Program-made: the position numbers and the translations under genes | DNA from: Erysipelotrichaceae bacterium | GTDB taxonomy: Bacteria; Bacillota_I; Bacilli_A; Erysipelotrichales; Erysipelotrichaceae | Assembly (NCBI GenBank): GCA_049662565.1 | Contig: JBATBW010000081.1 | Span: 1-60,600 of the forward strand | Length of the DNA: 60,600 nucleotides | Direction: 5' to 3' | Part shown: positions 45,811 through 54,903 of the stretch, one piece after another | How positions within the stretch are numbered: the first letter of the stretch is position 1 | Layout: each line of letters starts with the position of its first letter | Notes under the pieces: generated by a model | Told to the model about the DNA's origin: nothing | Database searches by the model: none | The model's input: the letters and a program-made list of their open reading frames with translations, nothing else

Positions 45811-47322
45811 ATGATGAAAGAAAATACAGTAATTATTAAAACTAATAAGGGTGATATTGCAGGTCAATATCAGGATAATATGATGGTGTTTAAGGGTATT
45901 CCTTATGCAAAACCGCCAGTTAAAGAATTAAGATTTGCGCCACCGGTTGCTATGGATGTTTGGGATGGTGTTAAAGAATGTTATGAGTATGGTAATTGTT
46001 CTACTCAAGCGCCATGTATTTTAGTTAATAGTAAACCTAGTGAAGATTGTTTGTATTTAAATGTATGGGCACCTAAATTAGATCCTAATAAGAAGTATCC
46101 GGTTTATTTTTGGATCCATGGTGGTGGATATTTTAATGGCTGTGGCTCGATGGAATATTATGATGGTTCTTCTTTTGCGAATAAAGATGTAATTGTAGTG
46201 ACTATTAATTATCGTTTAGGGGCTTTAGGATTTCTTGCTTTAGAGACTTTAATGAATAAATATGGTACTACTGGTAACTGGGGTATGTTAGATCAAATCG
46301 CTGCTTTAAAGTGGGTTAATGAAAATATTGCGGCTTTTGGTGGTGATAGTAACAATATTACTATTGGTGGGGAATCGGCTGGTTCTTTCTCGGTTTCTAG
46401 TTTAGTGATGTCGCCTTTGGCTAAGGGGTTGTTCCAAAAAGCAATTATGCAAAGTGGTAACATCTTGTCGGATAATGTTTCTTTACCTTTTACTCAAGCT
46501 AAGTTAGAAGCGTCTGTGGATAATTCGGTGAAGTTTGCGCAATTATTTGGTGCGGATGATAGTGAAAAAGGGTTAGAAATATTACAAAATGTTGATGCTT
46601 ATAAGTTGTGGGAAACTGGTTTCTTCTCTTCAGATATTACTGTACCTAGCCCGATGGCTTTTTGGCATACTTTAGATGGTGTGGTATTACCGAAGAATCC
46701 TTTAGAAGCTTTAAAGAATAAGGAATACAATAAAGCTGTTTATTTGATGGGGTTCAATGAACAAGAGGGCAATGTTTTCTTGAGTGAAAACTCAACATTA
46801 GAAGGAGCTCATAATTTTATCAGTTTGGTGTTTGGTGATAAAAAAGATGGTTTAAATAAGTATTATGATGATAATGTTCGTCAAAACTTAGGTTTTGTTA
46901 GCGATGTGGTTACTTATGCTTATTTTAAGGCGGGTACGCTTTCGATGATGGATCTATTGGTTTCTAATGGAGAAAAGGTTTATGGTTATGAGTTTGGCTT
47001 GACGGCGGATGGTAATTATCCAATGAAGAATATTGGGCCTCACCATGCGGTAGATATTTTATATACTTTTGATAGTTTTGATAAGATGGGTTTAATTATG
47101 GGTCCTAATGATAAGATGATTAGTAAGCAAATGAATACGATGTGGGCTAATTTTATTACAAGTGGTAATCCTAATGTTGGTTTAGAGTTGGATCATAAAG
47201 TTGTTTGGGATACATATAATAATAATAAATTTTATTATTTTAATGAAAATATTGAATGTACTAATTTAAAGGATCGGGAAAAGATTAATGATTTTGAAAA
47301 GATGTTAAATCTTACTAAATAA
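45811..47322 (+). CDS. type-B carboxylesterase (PnbA-like)
   Basis: Oxyanion 'FWIHGGGY', nucleophile elbow 'GESAGS' and 'EDCLYLNVW' are present. The start could be 45811 or 45814. Confidence 0.9.
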   Translation: MMKENTVIIKTNKGDIAGQYQDNMMVFKGIPYAKPPVKELRFAPPVAMDVWDGVKECYEYGNCSTQAPCILVNSKPSEDCLYLNVWAPKLDPNKKYPVYFWIHGGGYFNGCGSMEYYDGSSFANKDVIVVTINYRLGALGFLALETLMNKYGTTGNWGMLDQIAALKWVNENIAAFGGDSNNITIGGESAGSFSVSSLVMSPLAKGLFQKAIMQSGNILSDNVSLPFTQAKLEASVDNSVKFAQLFGADDSEKGLEILQNVDAYKLWETGFFSSDITVPSPMAFWHTLDGVVLPKNPLEALKNKEYNKAVYLMGFNEQEGNVFLSENSTLEGAHNFISLVFGDKKDGLNKYYDDNVRQNLGFVSDVVTYAYFKAGTLSMMDLLVSNGEKVYGYEFGLTADGNYPMKNIGPHHAVDILYTFDSFDKMGLIMGPNDKMISKQMNTMWANFITSGNPNVGLELDHKVVWDTYNNNKFYYFNENIECTNLKDREKINDFEKMLNLTK

Positions 47323-47327
47323 TAGGG

Positions 47328-47357
47328 ACTTGTGGGCGTTTGTTCACAAGTTTTTTT
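47328..47357 (+). terminator. intrinsic terminator
   Basis: The stem acttgtg/cacaagt is followed by T7. Confidence 0.7.
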
Positions 47358-47453
47358 ATGAAAATGTATGTAAATAATTTACATTTGTGTATATTATTTA
47401 CAATAGAATGAAAATATTGTTGTAAATATTTTGAAAAATAATGAAAATAAGTG

Positions 47454-47482
47454 TTGACACGCCGTTTTTGTCAGTATATAAT
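47454..47482 (+). promoter_or_regulatory. opp operon promoter
   Basis: TTGACA (47454-47459), a 17-nt spacer, then TATAAT (47477-47482). Confidence 0.7.
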
Positions 47483-47516
47483 TAGCACAATTATATATTT
47501 AGTGAGGAGGGATTTT

Positions 47517-49121
47517 ATGAAATATATAAAAGGGTTATTTGTAGCATTGTTATTATTGACATTGGTTGCATGTGGAAAAGGTAATGGCGGTCAGGATACT
47601 TCGACGGTTACGTTTGCCAAGGAGTTAGATATTATTTCCATGGATTCAAGTTATGCGACAGATGGTGCTTCTTTTGAAGGTATTCAGTTGACGATTGATG
47701 GTTTAATGACTATTGATGCTAATGGTAATATTATTCCGGCTCTTGCTAAAGACAAAGCGGTTGTTAGTGAAGATGGTTTGACTTATACTTATACATTGAA
47801 AGATGCGAAGTGGGATAATGGTGAACCAGTTACTGCTAATGATTTTGTTTATGCTTGGCGTCGTACGGTTTCTAGTCCGGCTGCTGAATATAATTATCTT
47901 TATACAGAAGATGGTGCTTGTTTAGCTAATGCTGCTGATATTATTAAGGGTGTTAAAGATAAGAGTGAATTGGGTATTAAGGCTGTTGATGATAAGACTA
48001 TCGTTATTACTTTATCTAAGCCTTGTGCTTATTTTGAAAGTTTGATGACTTTCCCTGTTTTCTTCCCTATTAATGAAAAGTTTGCGGAAGAAAAAGGTGA
48101 TCAATATGCATTGACTCCAGAAAATTTATTGGCATGTGGTGCTTATAAGTTATCTTCTTGGGAAAAAGGTACTAAGTATGTTGTGGTTAAGAACCCTACT
48201 TACTATGATGCTGCTGCTGTTAAGAGTGAAAAATTAGTGTTTAATGTAGTTAAAGATTTATCAAGTTCGGCTTTAGCTTTTGAAAGTGGTAATGTTGATT
48301 TTACTAAATTGAATAAGGATTTAGTTGATAAATATAAAAATTCAGAAAATTATAGTGAAGTTTTAGAAGGTTACTTATGGTACTTCCAATATAATTTGGG
48401 TAATAAATATTTAGCTAACGTTAATATTCGTAAAGCTTTATCTTTAGCTATTGATAAAGAAGATTTAGTTAAGAATGTTTTAAAAGATGGTTCAATTATT
48501 GGTAAGGGTTTTGTTCCTACTAATTTGGCTACTGGTCCAGATGGTAAAGATTACCGTGAATCAGCTCCAGTTTTCCAAGCTAATAATAAAGAAGAAGCTT
48601 TAAAGGCTTGGGAATTAGGTAAGAAAGAATTGGGTGTTACTGAAATTAAATTAAGTATGTTATTTGATAATGCTGATCCTGCAAAAACAGCTGCTGAATA
48701 TTTACAAGCTAATTTACAAACAGTGTTACCTGGTTTAACTGTTGAAATGGTTGCTCAAGAAAAGAACAATCGTATTGAAATGCAAAAGAAACGTGAGTTT
48801 GAAATTTCATTAACTCGTTGGGGTCCTGATTATGCTGATCCTACAACATATTTATATTTAATGGCTACTGGTAATTCATATAACTATGGTAATTATACTA
48901 ATGCTGATTATGATGCAAAAATGAAAGAAGCTGCTAATGCTGCAGATCCTACTGCTAGATGGAAAGCTCTTCAAGAAGCAGAAGCTATTTGTTTGAATGA
49001 TTATCCAGTTGCACCAATTTTCCAAGTTGGTGGTGCTAGTTTAATTAATAAAAATGTAACAGGTATTGAATCTCATGGCGTGGGTGTTCCTTATATTTAT
49101 AAAAATGTAGTTAAAAAATAA
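47517..49121 (+). CDS. oppA: peptide ABC transporter substrate-binding lipoprotein (family 5)
   Basis: The lipobox 'LLTLVAC' is present and the protein has SBP family-5 length and composition. I chose the ATG at 47517, which follows a GAGGAGGG RBS; the track extension from 47451 covers the promoter. Confidence 0.88.
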   Translation: MKYIKGLFVALLLLTLVACGKGNGGQDTSTVTFAKELDIISMDSSYATDGASFEGIQLTIDGLMTIDANGNIIPALAKDKAVVSEDGLTYTYTLKDAKWDNGEPVTANDFVYAWRRTVSSPAAEYNYLYTEDGACLANAADIIKGVKDKSELGIKAVDDKTIVITLSKPCAYFESLMTFPVFFPINEKFAEEKGDQYALTPENLLACGAYKLSSWEKGTKYVVVKNPTYYDAAAVKSEKLVFNVVKDLSSSALAFESGNVDFTKLNKDLVDKYKNSENYSEVLEGYLWYFQYNLGNKYLANVNIRKALSLAIDKEDLVKNVLKDGSIIGKGFVPTNLATGPDGKDYRESAPVFQANNKEEALKAWELGKKELGVTEIKLSMLFDNADPAKTAAEYLQANLQTVLPGLTVEMVAQEKNNRIEMQKKREFEISLTRWGPDYADPTTYLYLMATGNSYNYGNYTNADYDAKMKEAANAADPTARWKALQEAEAICLNDYPVAPIFQVGGASLINKNVTGIESHGVGVPYIYKNVVKK

Positions 49122-49136
49122 TGCGCTTTGAAGACG

Positions 49137-49172
49137 ACACATTATGGTTAAAAGCCATAATGTGTTTATTAT
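49137..49172 (+). terminator. intercistronic hairpin / partial terminator between oppA and oppB
   Basis: A perfect 11-bp stem acacattatgg/ccataatgtgt with a 7-nt loop is followed by a T-rich tail. Confidence 0.6.
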
Positions 49173-49191
49173 TTAGAAAAGAGGGAGAGAT

Positions 49192-50145
49192 ATGGATAAG
49201 TCTACTTTGAAATATATAGCTAAGCGATTATTGATGGCGGCTGGTACTTTGTTGATTATTGTCTTTGTTTTGTTTTTAATGTTGAAGTTAATGCCGGGTA
49301 CGCCTTTTAATGATGAAAAGTTAACAGAAGCGCAAAAGGCTCTGATATTTGCCAAATATGGGTTTGATCGTCCAATTTGGGAGCAGTTTATTACTTATTT
49401 AAAACAAATGTTGGCGGGGGATTTTGGTATATCTTTTGGGATTGCGCGAAATTTGCCGGTGGCTAGTTTAGTTGTTCCTCGGATTGGGACAAGTTTTGGT
49501 ATTGGTATTGCAGCGGTAATATTGGGTACAGTAGTTGGTGTATTATTAGGTATCTTTGCGGCTTTAAAGCGAAATACAATTTGGGATTCAATTTCCACTG
49601 GTCTTGCGGTATTAGGGGTTAGTATTCCATCTTTTGTATTTTGTTTATTGTTATTGATTTTATTAGGAGTGAAAATTCCGGTTTTGCCGATTTTATATAA
49701 CTCGGCTGATCCAATTAAGTCTTCAATCATACCGGTTTTAGCGTTGTCTGTGTCGGTTATTGCCAATGTGGCAAGGTTTACCCGTAGTGAGATGATTGAG
49801 GTGTTAGGTAGCGAATATGTGCTTTTAGCGCAAGCTAAGGGTTTGGATAAAATTACTTTAATTAAAAGACATGCTTTACGTAATACATTAATTCCGGTTA
49901 TTACGGTTTTAGCTCCCATTATGATTGCATTGATGACAGGTAGTATGGTTATTGAACAAATTTGTGGGATACCAGGGTTAGGTAGTTTGCTTGTTCAGGC
50001 AATTAATGTCAGTGATTATAATGTAACGATGGCGGTAGCTTTCTTGTATAGTGTTTTATATATTGTGATGATGCTTATTGTAGATATTTCTTATGGAATT
50101 ATCGATCCAAGAATTCGTTTGGGAAAGGGGAAGAGCAATGAATAA
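49192..50145 (+). CDS. oppB: peptide ABC transporter permease
   Basis: The protein is polytopic and carries a BPD_transp_1-type EAA region: 'VLLAQAKGLDKITLIKRHALRN'. Confidence 0.9.
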   Translation: MDKSTLKYIAKRLLMAAGTLLIIVFVLFLMLKLMPGTPFNDEKLTEAQKALIFAKYGFDRPIWEQFITYLKQMLAGDFGISFGIARNLPVASLVVPRIGTSFGIGIAAVILGTVVGVLLGIFAALKRNTIWDSISTGLAVLGVSIPSFVFCLLLLILLGVKIPVLPILYNSADPIKSSIIPVLALSVSVIANVARFTRSEMIEVLGSEYVLLAQAKGLDKITLIKRHALRNTLIPVITVLAPIMIALMTGSMVIEQICGIPGLGSLLVQAINVSDYNVTMAVAFLYSVLYIVMMLIVDISYGIIDPRIRLGKGKSNE

Positions 50146-51151
50146 AGATGCAATACAATTTAAAGATGATGATTTTTTATTAGTTGGTGATAAACATAAT
50201 ATTTATCGTGATCAAGTTGTTCCAGCTGTTCCTTTTTTTAAAGATGTAATGAAGCGTTTTAGTGCTAATAAAGGGGCGATGGTTGGTTTAATTTTTATCT
50301 TATTAATTATTGTTATGGCTATTATTTGCCCGATGATTAGTAAATTTGAGTTTGATGCGGTGGCAACTGCTCAACAATCGATGGCGCCTAGAATTCCTTT
50401 ATTGGAAAACATTGGGATTTTTAATGGTAGTGCGAATGGTATTAATAAGTATGCTAACCCTCAATTTCAAGATCTTTATCATTATTTTGGTACTGATACT
50501 TTAGGTCGTGATTTATGGACTCGTGTATGGAGTGGGGCAAGGATATCTTTATATGTAGCTGGTGCTGCGGTATTGATTGATGTATTTATTGGTATGGTTT
50601 ATGGTTTAATTAGTGGTTATTTTGGTGGTGCTGTGGATAATGTTATGCAAAGAATTCAAGAAATTATCAATAGTATTCCGACATTAGTTATTTTAGTATT
50701 ATTGATGTTAGTTTTTAGACCTTCTTTGTATACTATTATCTTAGGTTTAATGTTGACAGGATGGATTGGGATGGCGAGAATTACGCGGGCTCAAGTTTTG
50801 AAAATTAAAGAACAAGAGTTTATTTTGGCTTCTAAGACTTTAGGAGCGGGTCATATGTTTATTATTTTCAAAGAATTGTTGCCTAATATTTTTGGTCAAT
50901 TAATTGTTATGTCGATGTTTTCGATTCCTAATGCGATTTTCTATGAAGCATTCTTAGCTTTTGTTGGTTTAGGTATGCCTGCGCCAATTGCTTCTCTTGG
51001 AACATTGATTAATGAGGGGTATAAATCTATTTTAGTGTCACCGTATATGGTAATTATTCCTGTGGTGTTGCTTGCGATTTTGATGTTAAGTTTTAACTTA
51101 TTAGCGGATGGGCTTAGAGATGCCTTTGATCCAAAGATGAAAGAAATGTAG
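50138..51151 (+). CDS. oppC: peptide ABC transporter permease
   Basis: 'GTDTLGRDLWTRVW' and 'ASKTLGAGHMFIIFKELLPN' are present. I chose the ATG at 50138. Confidence 0.9.
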   Translation: MNKDAIQFKDDDFLLVGDKHNIYRDQVVPAVPFFKDVMKRFSANKGAMVGLIFILLIIVMAIICPMISKFEFDAVATAQQSMAPRIPLLENIGIFNGSANGINKYANPQFQDLYHYFGTDTLGRDLWTRVWSGARISLYVAGAAVLIDVFIGMVYGLISGYFGGAVDNVMQRIQEIINSIPTLVILVLLMLVFRPSLYTIILGLMLTGWIGMARITRAQVLKIKEQEFILASKTLGAGHMFIIFKELLPNIFGQLIVMSMFSIPNAIFYEAFLAFVGLGMPAPIASLGTLINEGYKSILVSPYMVIIPVVLLAILMLSFNLLADGLRDAFDPKMKEM

Positions 51152-51160
51152 GTGGTTAAT

Positions 51161-52243
51161 ATGAAGAGAAGAGTTCTAAAAATTCGTGATTTAAACATTT
51201 CTTTTAAAACTGAAAATGGCATCGTAGATGCGATTAGAGGTATTCGTTTAGATTTATTTGAAGGAGAAACTTTGGCAATTGTTGGTGAATCTGGTAGTGG
51301 TAAATCAGTGACGACTAAAGCGATTATGGGTATTTTAAGTGGTAATGGATTTATTAAAGATGGTGGTATTGAATTTAATTACGATAAAGAAAATAATGGA
51401 GTTTTTGTTACAGAGGATATCGTTAAGTTAAGTCCGAAAGAAATGGGTAAAAACATTTGTGGTCGCCGAATTGCTATGGTTTTTCAAGATCCGATGACTT
51501 CATTAAATCCAACGATGACTATTGGTAAACAAGTGATGGAAGCGATGATATATCATCACCATCTATCAAAACAAGAAGCTTATGATAAAACTTTAAATTT
51601 GTTGACAGAAGTAGGGATTACTGATCCAGAAAAAAGAATGAAAAACTATCCTCACCAATTAAGTGGCGGGATGAGACAAAGAATTGTTATTGCGATTGCT
51701 TTAAGTTGTGAACCGGAAGTATTGATTTGTGATGAACCAACAACGGCATTAGATGTGACAATTCAAGCTAAAATATTAGAGTTAATTAAAAAGATTCAAT
51801 TAGAAAGAAACATTTCGGTTATTTACATTACCCATGATTTAGGGGTAGTAGCGAAAGTGGCAGATTATGTTGCGGTAATGTATGCCGGTAAGATTGTAGA
51901 AAAAGGAACGATTGATGAAATTTTCTATGACCCTCGCCATCCTTATACTTGGGGGTTGTTGAGCGCAATGCCGGATTTAGATACGGATGATGAACAATTG
52001 TATACTATTCCCGGCACTCCTCCTAACTTGATGCATCAAGTAGAAGGTGATGCTTTTGCACCCCGAAATTTATTTGCCTTAAATATCGATTATCGAATGG
52101 AACCGCCTTTGTTTAATGTAGGTGGTACACACCGAGTGGCTAGTTGGTTGTGTCATGAATTGGCGCCAAAAATTGAAATGCCAAAGTCTTTAGAAAAACG
52201 TTTAGAAAAAATGAAAAAGGAGGCGGGTATTAATGTCAACTAA
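51161..52243 (+). CDS. oppD: peptide ABC transporter ATP-binding protein
   Basis: Walker A 'GESGSGKS', signature 'LSGGMRQR' and Walker B 'LICDEPTTALD' are present. I chose the ATG at 51161. Confidence 0.92.
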   Translation: MKRRVLKIRDLNISFKTENGIVDAIRGIRLDLFEGETLAIVGESGSGKSVTTKAIMGILSGNGFIKDGGIEFNYDKENNGVFVTEDIVKLSPKEMGKNICGRRIAMVFQDPMTSLNPTMTIGKQVMEAMIYHHHLSKQEAYDKTLNLLTEVGITDPEKRMKNYPHQLSGGMRQRIVIAIALSCEPEVLICDEPTTALDVTIQAKILELIKKIQLERNISVIYITHDLGVVAKVADYVAVMYAGKIVEKGTIDEIFYDPRHPYTWGLLSAMPDLDTDDEQLYTIPGTPPNLMHQVEGDAFAPRNLFALNIDYRMEPPLFNVGGTHRVASWLCHELAPKIEMPKSLEKRLEKMKKEAGINVN

Positions 52244-53171
52244 TGAACCGATTTTAGTAGTTAATGATTTAAAACAACATTTTAAAGTAAATCGTAAGTT
52301 TACTGTTAAAGCCGTCGATGGTATTTCATTTAAGATATATCCTGGGGAAACTTATGGTTTAGTTGGGGAATCAGGTAGTGGCAAGTCAACAACTGGACGT
52401 AGCATTATTCGTCTTTATGAACCAACGGCTGGAGAAATCATTTTTAATGGACAAAATATTTCTGGTAAAATGAGCAGTGCTAATATAAAGTTATTAAGGA
52501 CGAAGATGCAGATGATTTTCCAAGATCCGATGGCTTGTTTAAACCCACGTAAGAAGGTTTTAGATATCATTGGTGAAGGTTTGGATATTCACCATATGTA
52601 TAATACTAAAGAAGAAAGAGATGAAAAGGTATATTGTATTTTAGAGAAAGTAGGTTTAAGTAGAGAACATGCTTCACGTTTTCCACATCAGTTTTCTGGT
52701 GGTCAACGGCAAAGAATTGGAATTGCGCGCGCTTTGATTATGGATCCGGATTTAATTATTGCGGATGAAGCGATTTCGGCTTTGGATGTTTCAATTCAGG
52801 CGCAAGTTGTCAATTTAATGAAAGATATTCAAAAAGAAACGAATACGGCTTTTTTGTTTATTGCCCATGATTTGAGTATGGTTAAATATATTTCTGACCG
52901 TATTGGGGTATTACATTTAGGTTATTTAGTGGAAACGGGTACTACAAAAGAAATATTTGAAAATCCGATTCATCCTTATACGCGTTCTTTATTAAGTGCG
53001 ATTCCTTCGCCAAATCCTCATATTGAAAAGGTTAAAAAATCTTTGAATTATGATCCATTGGAAGAAGGAGTTGATTATACTATTGGTGTTCAACATTTAG
53101 TGGAAGGAACTCATCAAGTTTTAGCTACAGATGAAGAGTACCAACGATGGTTAAAGGAAACTAAAAAATAG
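52233..53171 (+). CDS. oppF: peptide ABC transporter ATP-binding protein
   Basis: Walker A 'GESGSGKST', signature 'FSGGQRQR' and Walker B 'IIADEAISALD' are present. Confidence 0.92.
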   Translation: MSTNEPILVVNDLKQHFKVNRKFTVKAVDGISFKIYPGETYGLVGESGSGKSTTGRSIIRLYEPTAGEIIFNGQNISGKMSSANIKLLRTKMQMIFQDPMACLNPRKKVLDIIGEGLDIHHMYNTKEERDEKVYCILEKVGLSREHASRFPHQFSGGQRQRIGIARALIMDPDLIIADEAISALDVSIQAQVVNLMKDIQKETNTAFLFIAHDLSMVKYISDRIGVLHLGYLVETGTTKEIFENPIHPYTRSLLSAIPSPNPHIEKVKKSLNYDPLEEGVDYTIGVQHLVEGTHQVLATDEEYQRWLKETKK

Positions 53172-53178
53172 GTGTTTT

Positions 53179-53211
53179 ATAATAACGAAGTGATATTCAC
53201 TTCGTTATTAT
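53179..53211 (+). terminator. intrinsic terminator of the opp operon
   Basis: A 14-bp stem ataataacgaagtg/cacttcgttattat has a 5-nt loop. Confidence 0.7.
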
Positions 53212-53350
53212 GTTGTTTATGTTTGATAGTTTGGGGTATTGGGATCGGTTATTGATTAATTTTCAAAAAAGACTTGAAATATATAAATATTTATATTATT
53301 ATATCTAAGGTATTTATGAAAATAAATAGCGGAAAACGATAAAAAAAGTA

Positions 53351-53380
53351 TTGACTATTGTTCAATAATTGTGCTAATAT
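53351..53380 (+). promoter_or_regulatory. promoter of the tRNA cluster
   Basis: TTGACT (53351-53356), an 18-nt spacer, then an extended -10 TGcTAATAT (53372-53380). Confidence 0.6.
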
Positions 53381-53399
53381 ATATAAGCACAGCAAGAGT

Positions 53400-53473
53400 G
53401 GTTCCTTAGCCAAGTGGTAAGGCAATAGACTGCAACTCTGTGATCATCGGTTCAAATCCGATAGGAACCTCCA
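53400..53473 (+). tRNA. tRNA-Cys (GCA)
   Basis: It folds as a cloverleaf by eye, with acceptor ggttcct/aggaacc, anticodon loop ctGCAac, T-loop ggttcaaatcc and an encoded CCA. Confidence 0.93.
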
Positions 53474-53477
53474 TTAT

Positions 53478-53565
53478 CGGGATGTGGCGAAATAGGTAGA
53501 CGCAACGGACTTAAAATCCGTTGGTAGATAATACCGTGCCGGTTCGAGTCCGGCCATCCCGACCA
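53478..53565 (+). tRNA. tRNA-Leu (TAA)
   Basis: The acceptor is cgggatg/catcccg and the anticodon loop is ctTAAaa. It has a long variable arm, T-loop ggttcgagtcc and an encoded CCA. Confidence 0.92.
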
Positions 53566-53607
53566 TTATTTAGCAACAAGCAGTCATGCTTTTTATTTTG
53601 TGAATAC

Positions 53608-53684
53608 GCGCCCATAGCTCAATAGGATAGAGTGTTTGGCTACGAACCAAAAGGTTGTGGGTTCAATTCCTGCTGGGCGCGCCA
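53608..53684 (+). tRNA. tRNA-Arg (ACG)
   Basis: The acceptor is gcgccca/tgggcgc and the anticodon loop is ctACGaa. CCA is encoded. Confidence 0.93.
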
Positions 53685-53694
53685 TTTAATTATT

Positions 53695-53771
53695 CGGGAT
53701 GTAGCACAGCTTGGTAGTGCACTTGATTTGGGATCAAGGGGTCGCAGGTTCGAATCCTGTCATCCCGACCA
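53695..53771 (+). tRNA. tRNA-Pro (TGG)
   Basis: The acceptor is cgggatg/catcccg and the anticodon loop is ttTGGga. CCA is encoded. Confidence 0.93.
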
Positions 53772-53786
53772 TTTAATTAAAAACAT

Positions 53787-53863
53787 GGCGAGGTAGCTTA
53801 GTTGGCTAGAGCGTTCGGTTCATACCCGGAAGGTCGTGGGTTCGAGTCCCACCCTCGCTACCA
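53787..53863 (+). tRNA. tRNA-Met (CAT), elongator type
   Basis: The anticodon loop is ttCATac. The body resembles the Bacillus elongator tRNA-Met ('GGTTCATACCCG') as I recall it. CCA is encoded. Confidence 0.8.
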
Positions 53864-53880
53864 TTATTACTGTAGCTTAA

Positions 53881-53957
53881 GGACCCTTAGCTCAGTTGGT
53901 CAGAGCTACCGGCTCATAACCGGTTGGTCGTAGGTTCGAGTCCTACAGGGTCCACCA
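53881..53957 (+). tRNA. tRNA with CAT anticodon, probable tRNA-Ile2 (lysidine-modified)
   Basis: The anticodon loop is ctCATaa. The acceptor 'ggaccct' and the body closely resemble B. subtilis tRNA-Ile(CAU) as I recall it. CCA is encoded. Confidence 0.7.
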
Positions 53958-53976
53958 TTTTACTAATTTAATCTTT

Positions 53977-54067
53977 GGAGGAATACCCAAGTGGTTGAAG
54001 GGTCCGGTCTTGAAAACCGGTAGGTCATGCAAGTGGCGCCTGGGTTCGAATCCCAGTTCCTCCGCCA
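53977..54067 (+). tRNA. tRNA-Ser (TGA)
   Basis: The acceptor is ggaggaa/ttcctcc and the anticodon loop is ctTGAaa. It has a long variable arm and an encoded CCA. Confidence 0.92.
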
Positions 54068-54081
54068 TTACATTTATTTAT

Positions 54082-54158
<77 letters not shown>

Positions 54159-54160
54159 AT

Positions 54161-54236
54161 GGTTCCGTAGCTCAGTCGGTAGAGCAGTGGACTGAAAATC
54201 CACGTGTCGCTGGTTCAATTCCGGCCGGAACCACCA
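54161..54236 (+). tRNA. tRNA-Phe (GAA)
   Basis: The acceptor is ggttccg/cggaacc and the anticodon loop is ctGAAaa. CCA is encoded. Confidence 0.93.
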
Positions 54237-54246
54237 TTTGATAATT

Positions 54247-54267
54247 AAGCTCGCAAGAGCTTTTTTT
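54247..54267 (+). terminator. intrinsic terminator of the tRNA cluster
   Basis: The hairpin aagctc-gcaa-gagctt is followed by T7. Confidence 0.75.
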
Positions 54268-54286
54268 CATATAAGGGGTTAAGGAT

Positions 54287-54718
54287 ATGAAAATACTAGT
54301 TAGTGCATGTTTAGTTGGGGTTAATTGTAAATATAATGGTGGTAATAATTATCATCCGTATTTAGTTGACTTTCTAAAGGATCATGAGTATATTACTGTT
54401 TGTCCAGAGTTGTTGTCAGGGATGGGGTGTCCGCGTAATTGTGTGGAACAAGTTAATGAGCGTTTTATTGATCAATTTGGTAATGATGTAAGTGATATAT
54501 TTGTTAAAGGAGTTAATTTAGCTTTATCTAAATTAAAGGATGAAGACATTGATTTGGTTATTCTTCAGTCACGTAGTCCGACTTGTGGGGTTAATCAAAG
54601 ATATGATGGTAGTTTTAGCGGTTCTTTAATTAATGAGTCGGGTTTGTTTGCTAAAAGACTGAAAGAATTGGGATATAAAGTTATTGATATTAAGGATTTT
54701 AAGGTCTTAGGAAACTAA
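54287..54718 (+). CDS. DUF523-family protein (TudS/YbbK-like, Cys-rich)
   Basis: 'MKILVSACLVGVNCKYNGG' and 'SPTCG' are typical DUF523 motifs. Confidence 0.8.
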   Translation: MKILVSACLVGVNCKYNGGNNYHPYLVDFLKDHEYITVCPELLSGMGCPRNCVEQVNERFIDQFGNDVSDIFVKGVNLALSKLKDEDIDLVILQSRSPTCGVNQRYDGSFSGSLINESGLFAKRLKELGYKVIDIKDFKVLGN

Positions 54719-54728
54719 GATCTTTTTT
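54702..54728 (+). terminator. intrinsic terminator
   Basis: The hairpin aggtcttag-gaaa-ctaagatct is followed by T6. It overlaps the stop codon. Confidence 0.7.
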
Positions 54729-54840
54729 ATTTGTGTAATTATATAATCTAATTATGAATATCAGTTAATATAATAATCAAAAAAATTAAATATTATACAC
54801 GATTATTTTGTAAAAATCAACACTTTTACTTGTGAAATTA

Positions 54841-54869
54841 TTGATTTTATCGTTTGGTTATATTAGAAT
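54841..54869 (+). promoter_or_regulatory. candidate promoter of the cooC-like/HAD-family operon
   Basis: TTGATT (54841-54846), a 17-nt spacer, then TAGAAT (54864-54869). Confidence 0.5.
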
Positions 54870-54903
54870 AAAGGGGCAGACATACAAAAGGGGAGGTGTA
54901 CAT

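Noticed and set aside
47400-47450. A CodY-box-like AT-rich sequence (aatattttgaaaaat) upstream of the opp promoter.
   Set aside because: Only about 9 of 15 positions match the AATTTTCWGAAAATT consensus. That is not distinguishable from background in DNA this AT-rich.
54161-54830. A genomic island integrated at tRNA-Phe, as an explanation for the DUF523 gene and the redox operon.
   Set aside because: No integrase is adjacent, and I did not spot a direct repeat of the tRNA-Phe 3' end downstream within the window. The accessory nature of the downstream genes remains only a possibility.
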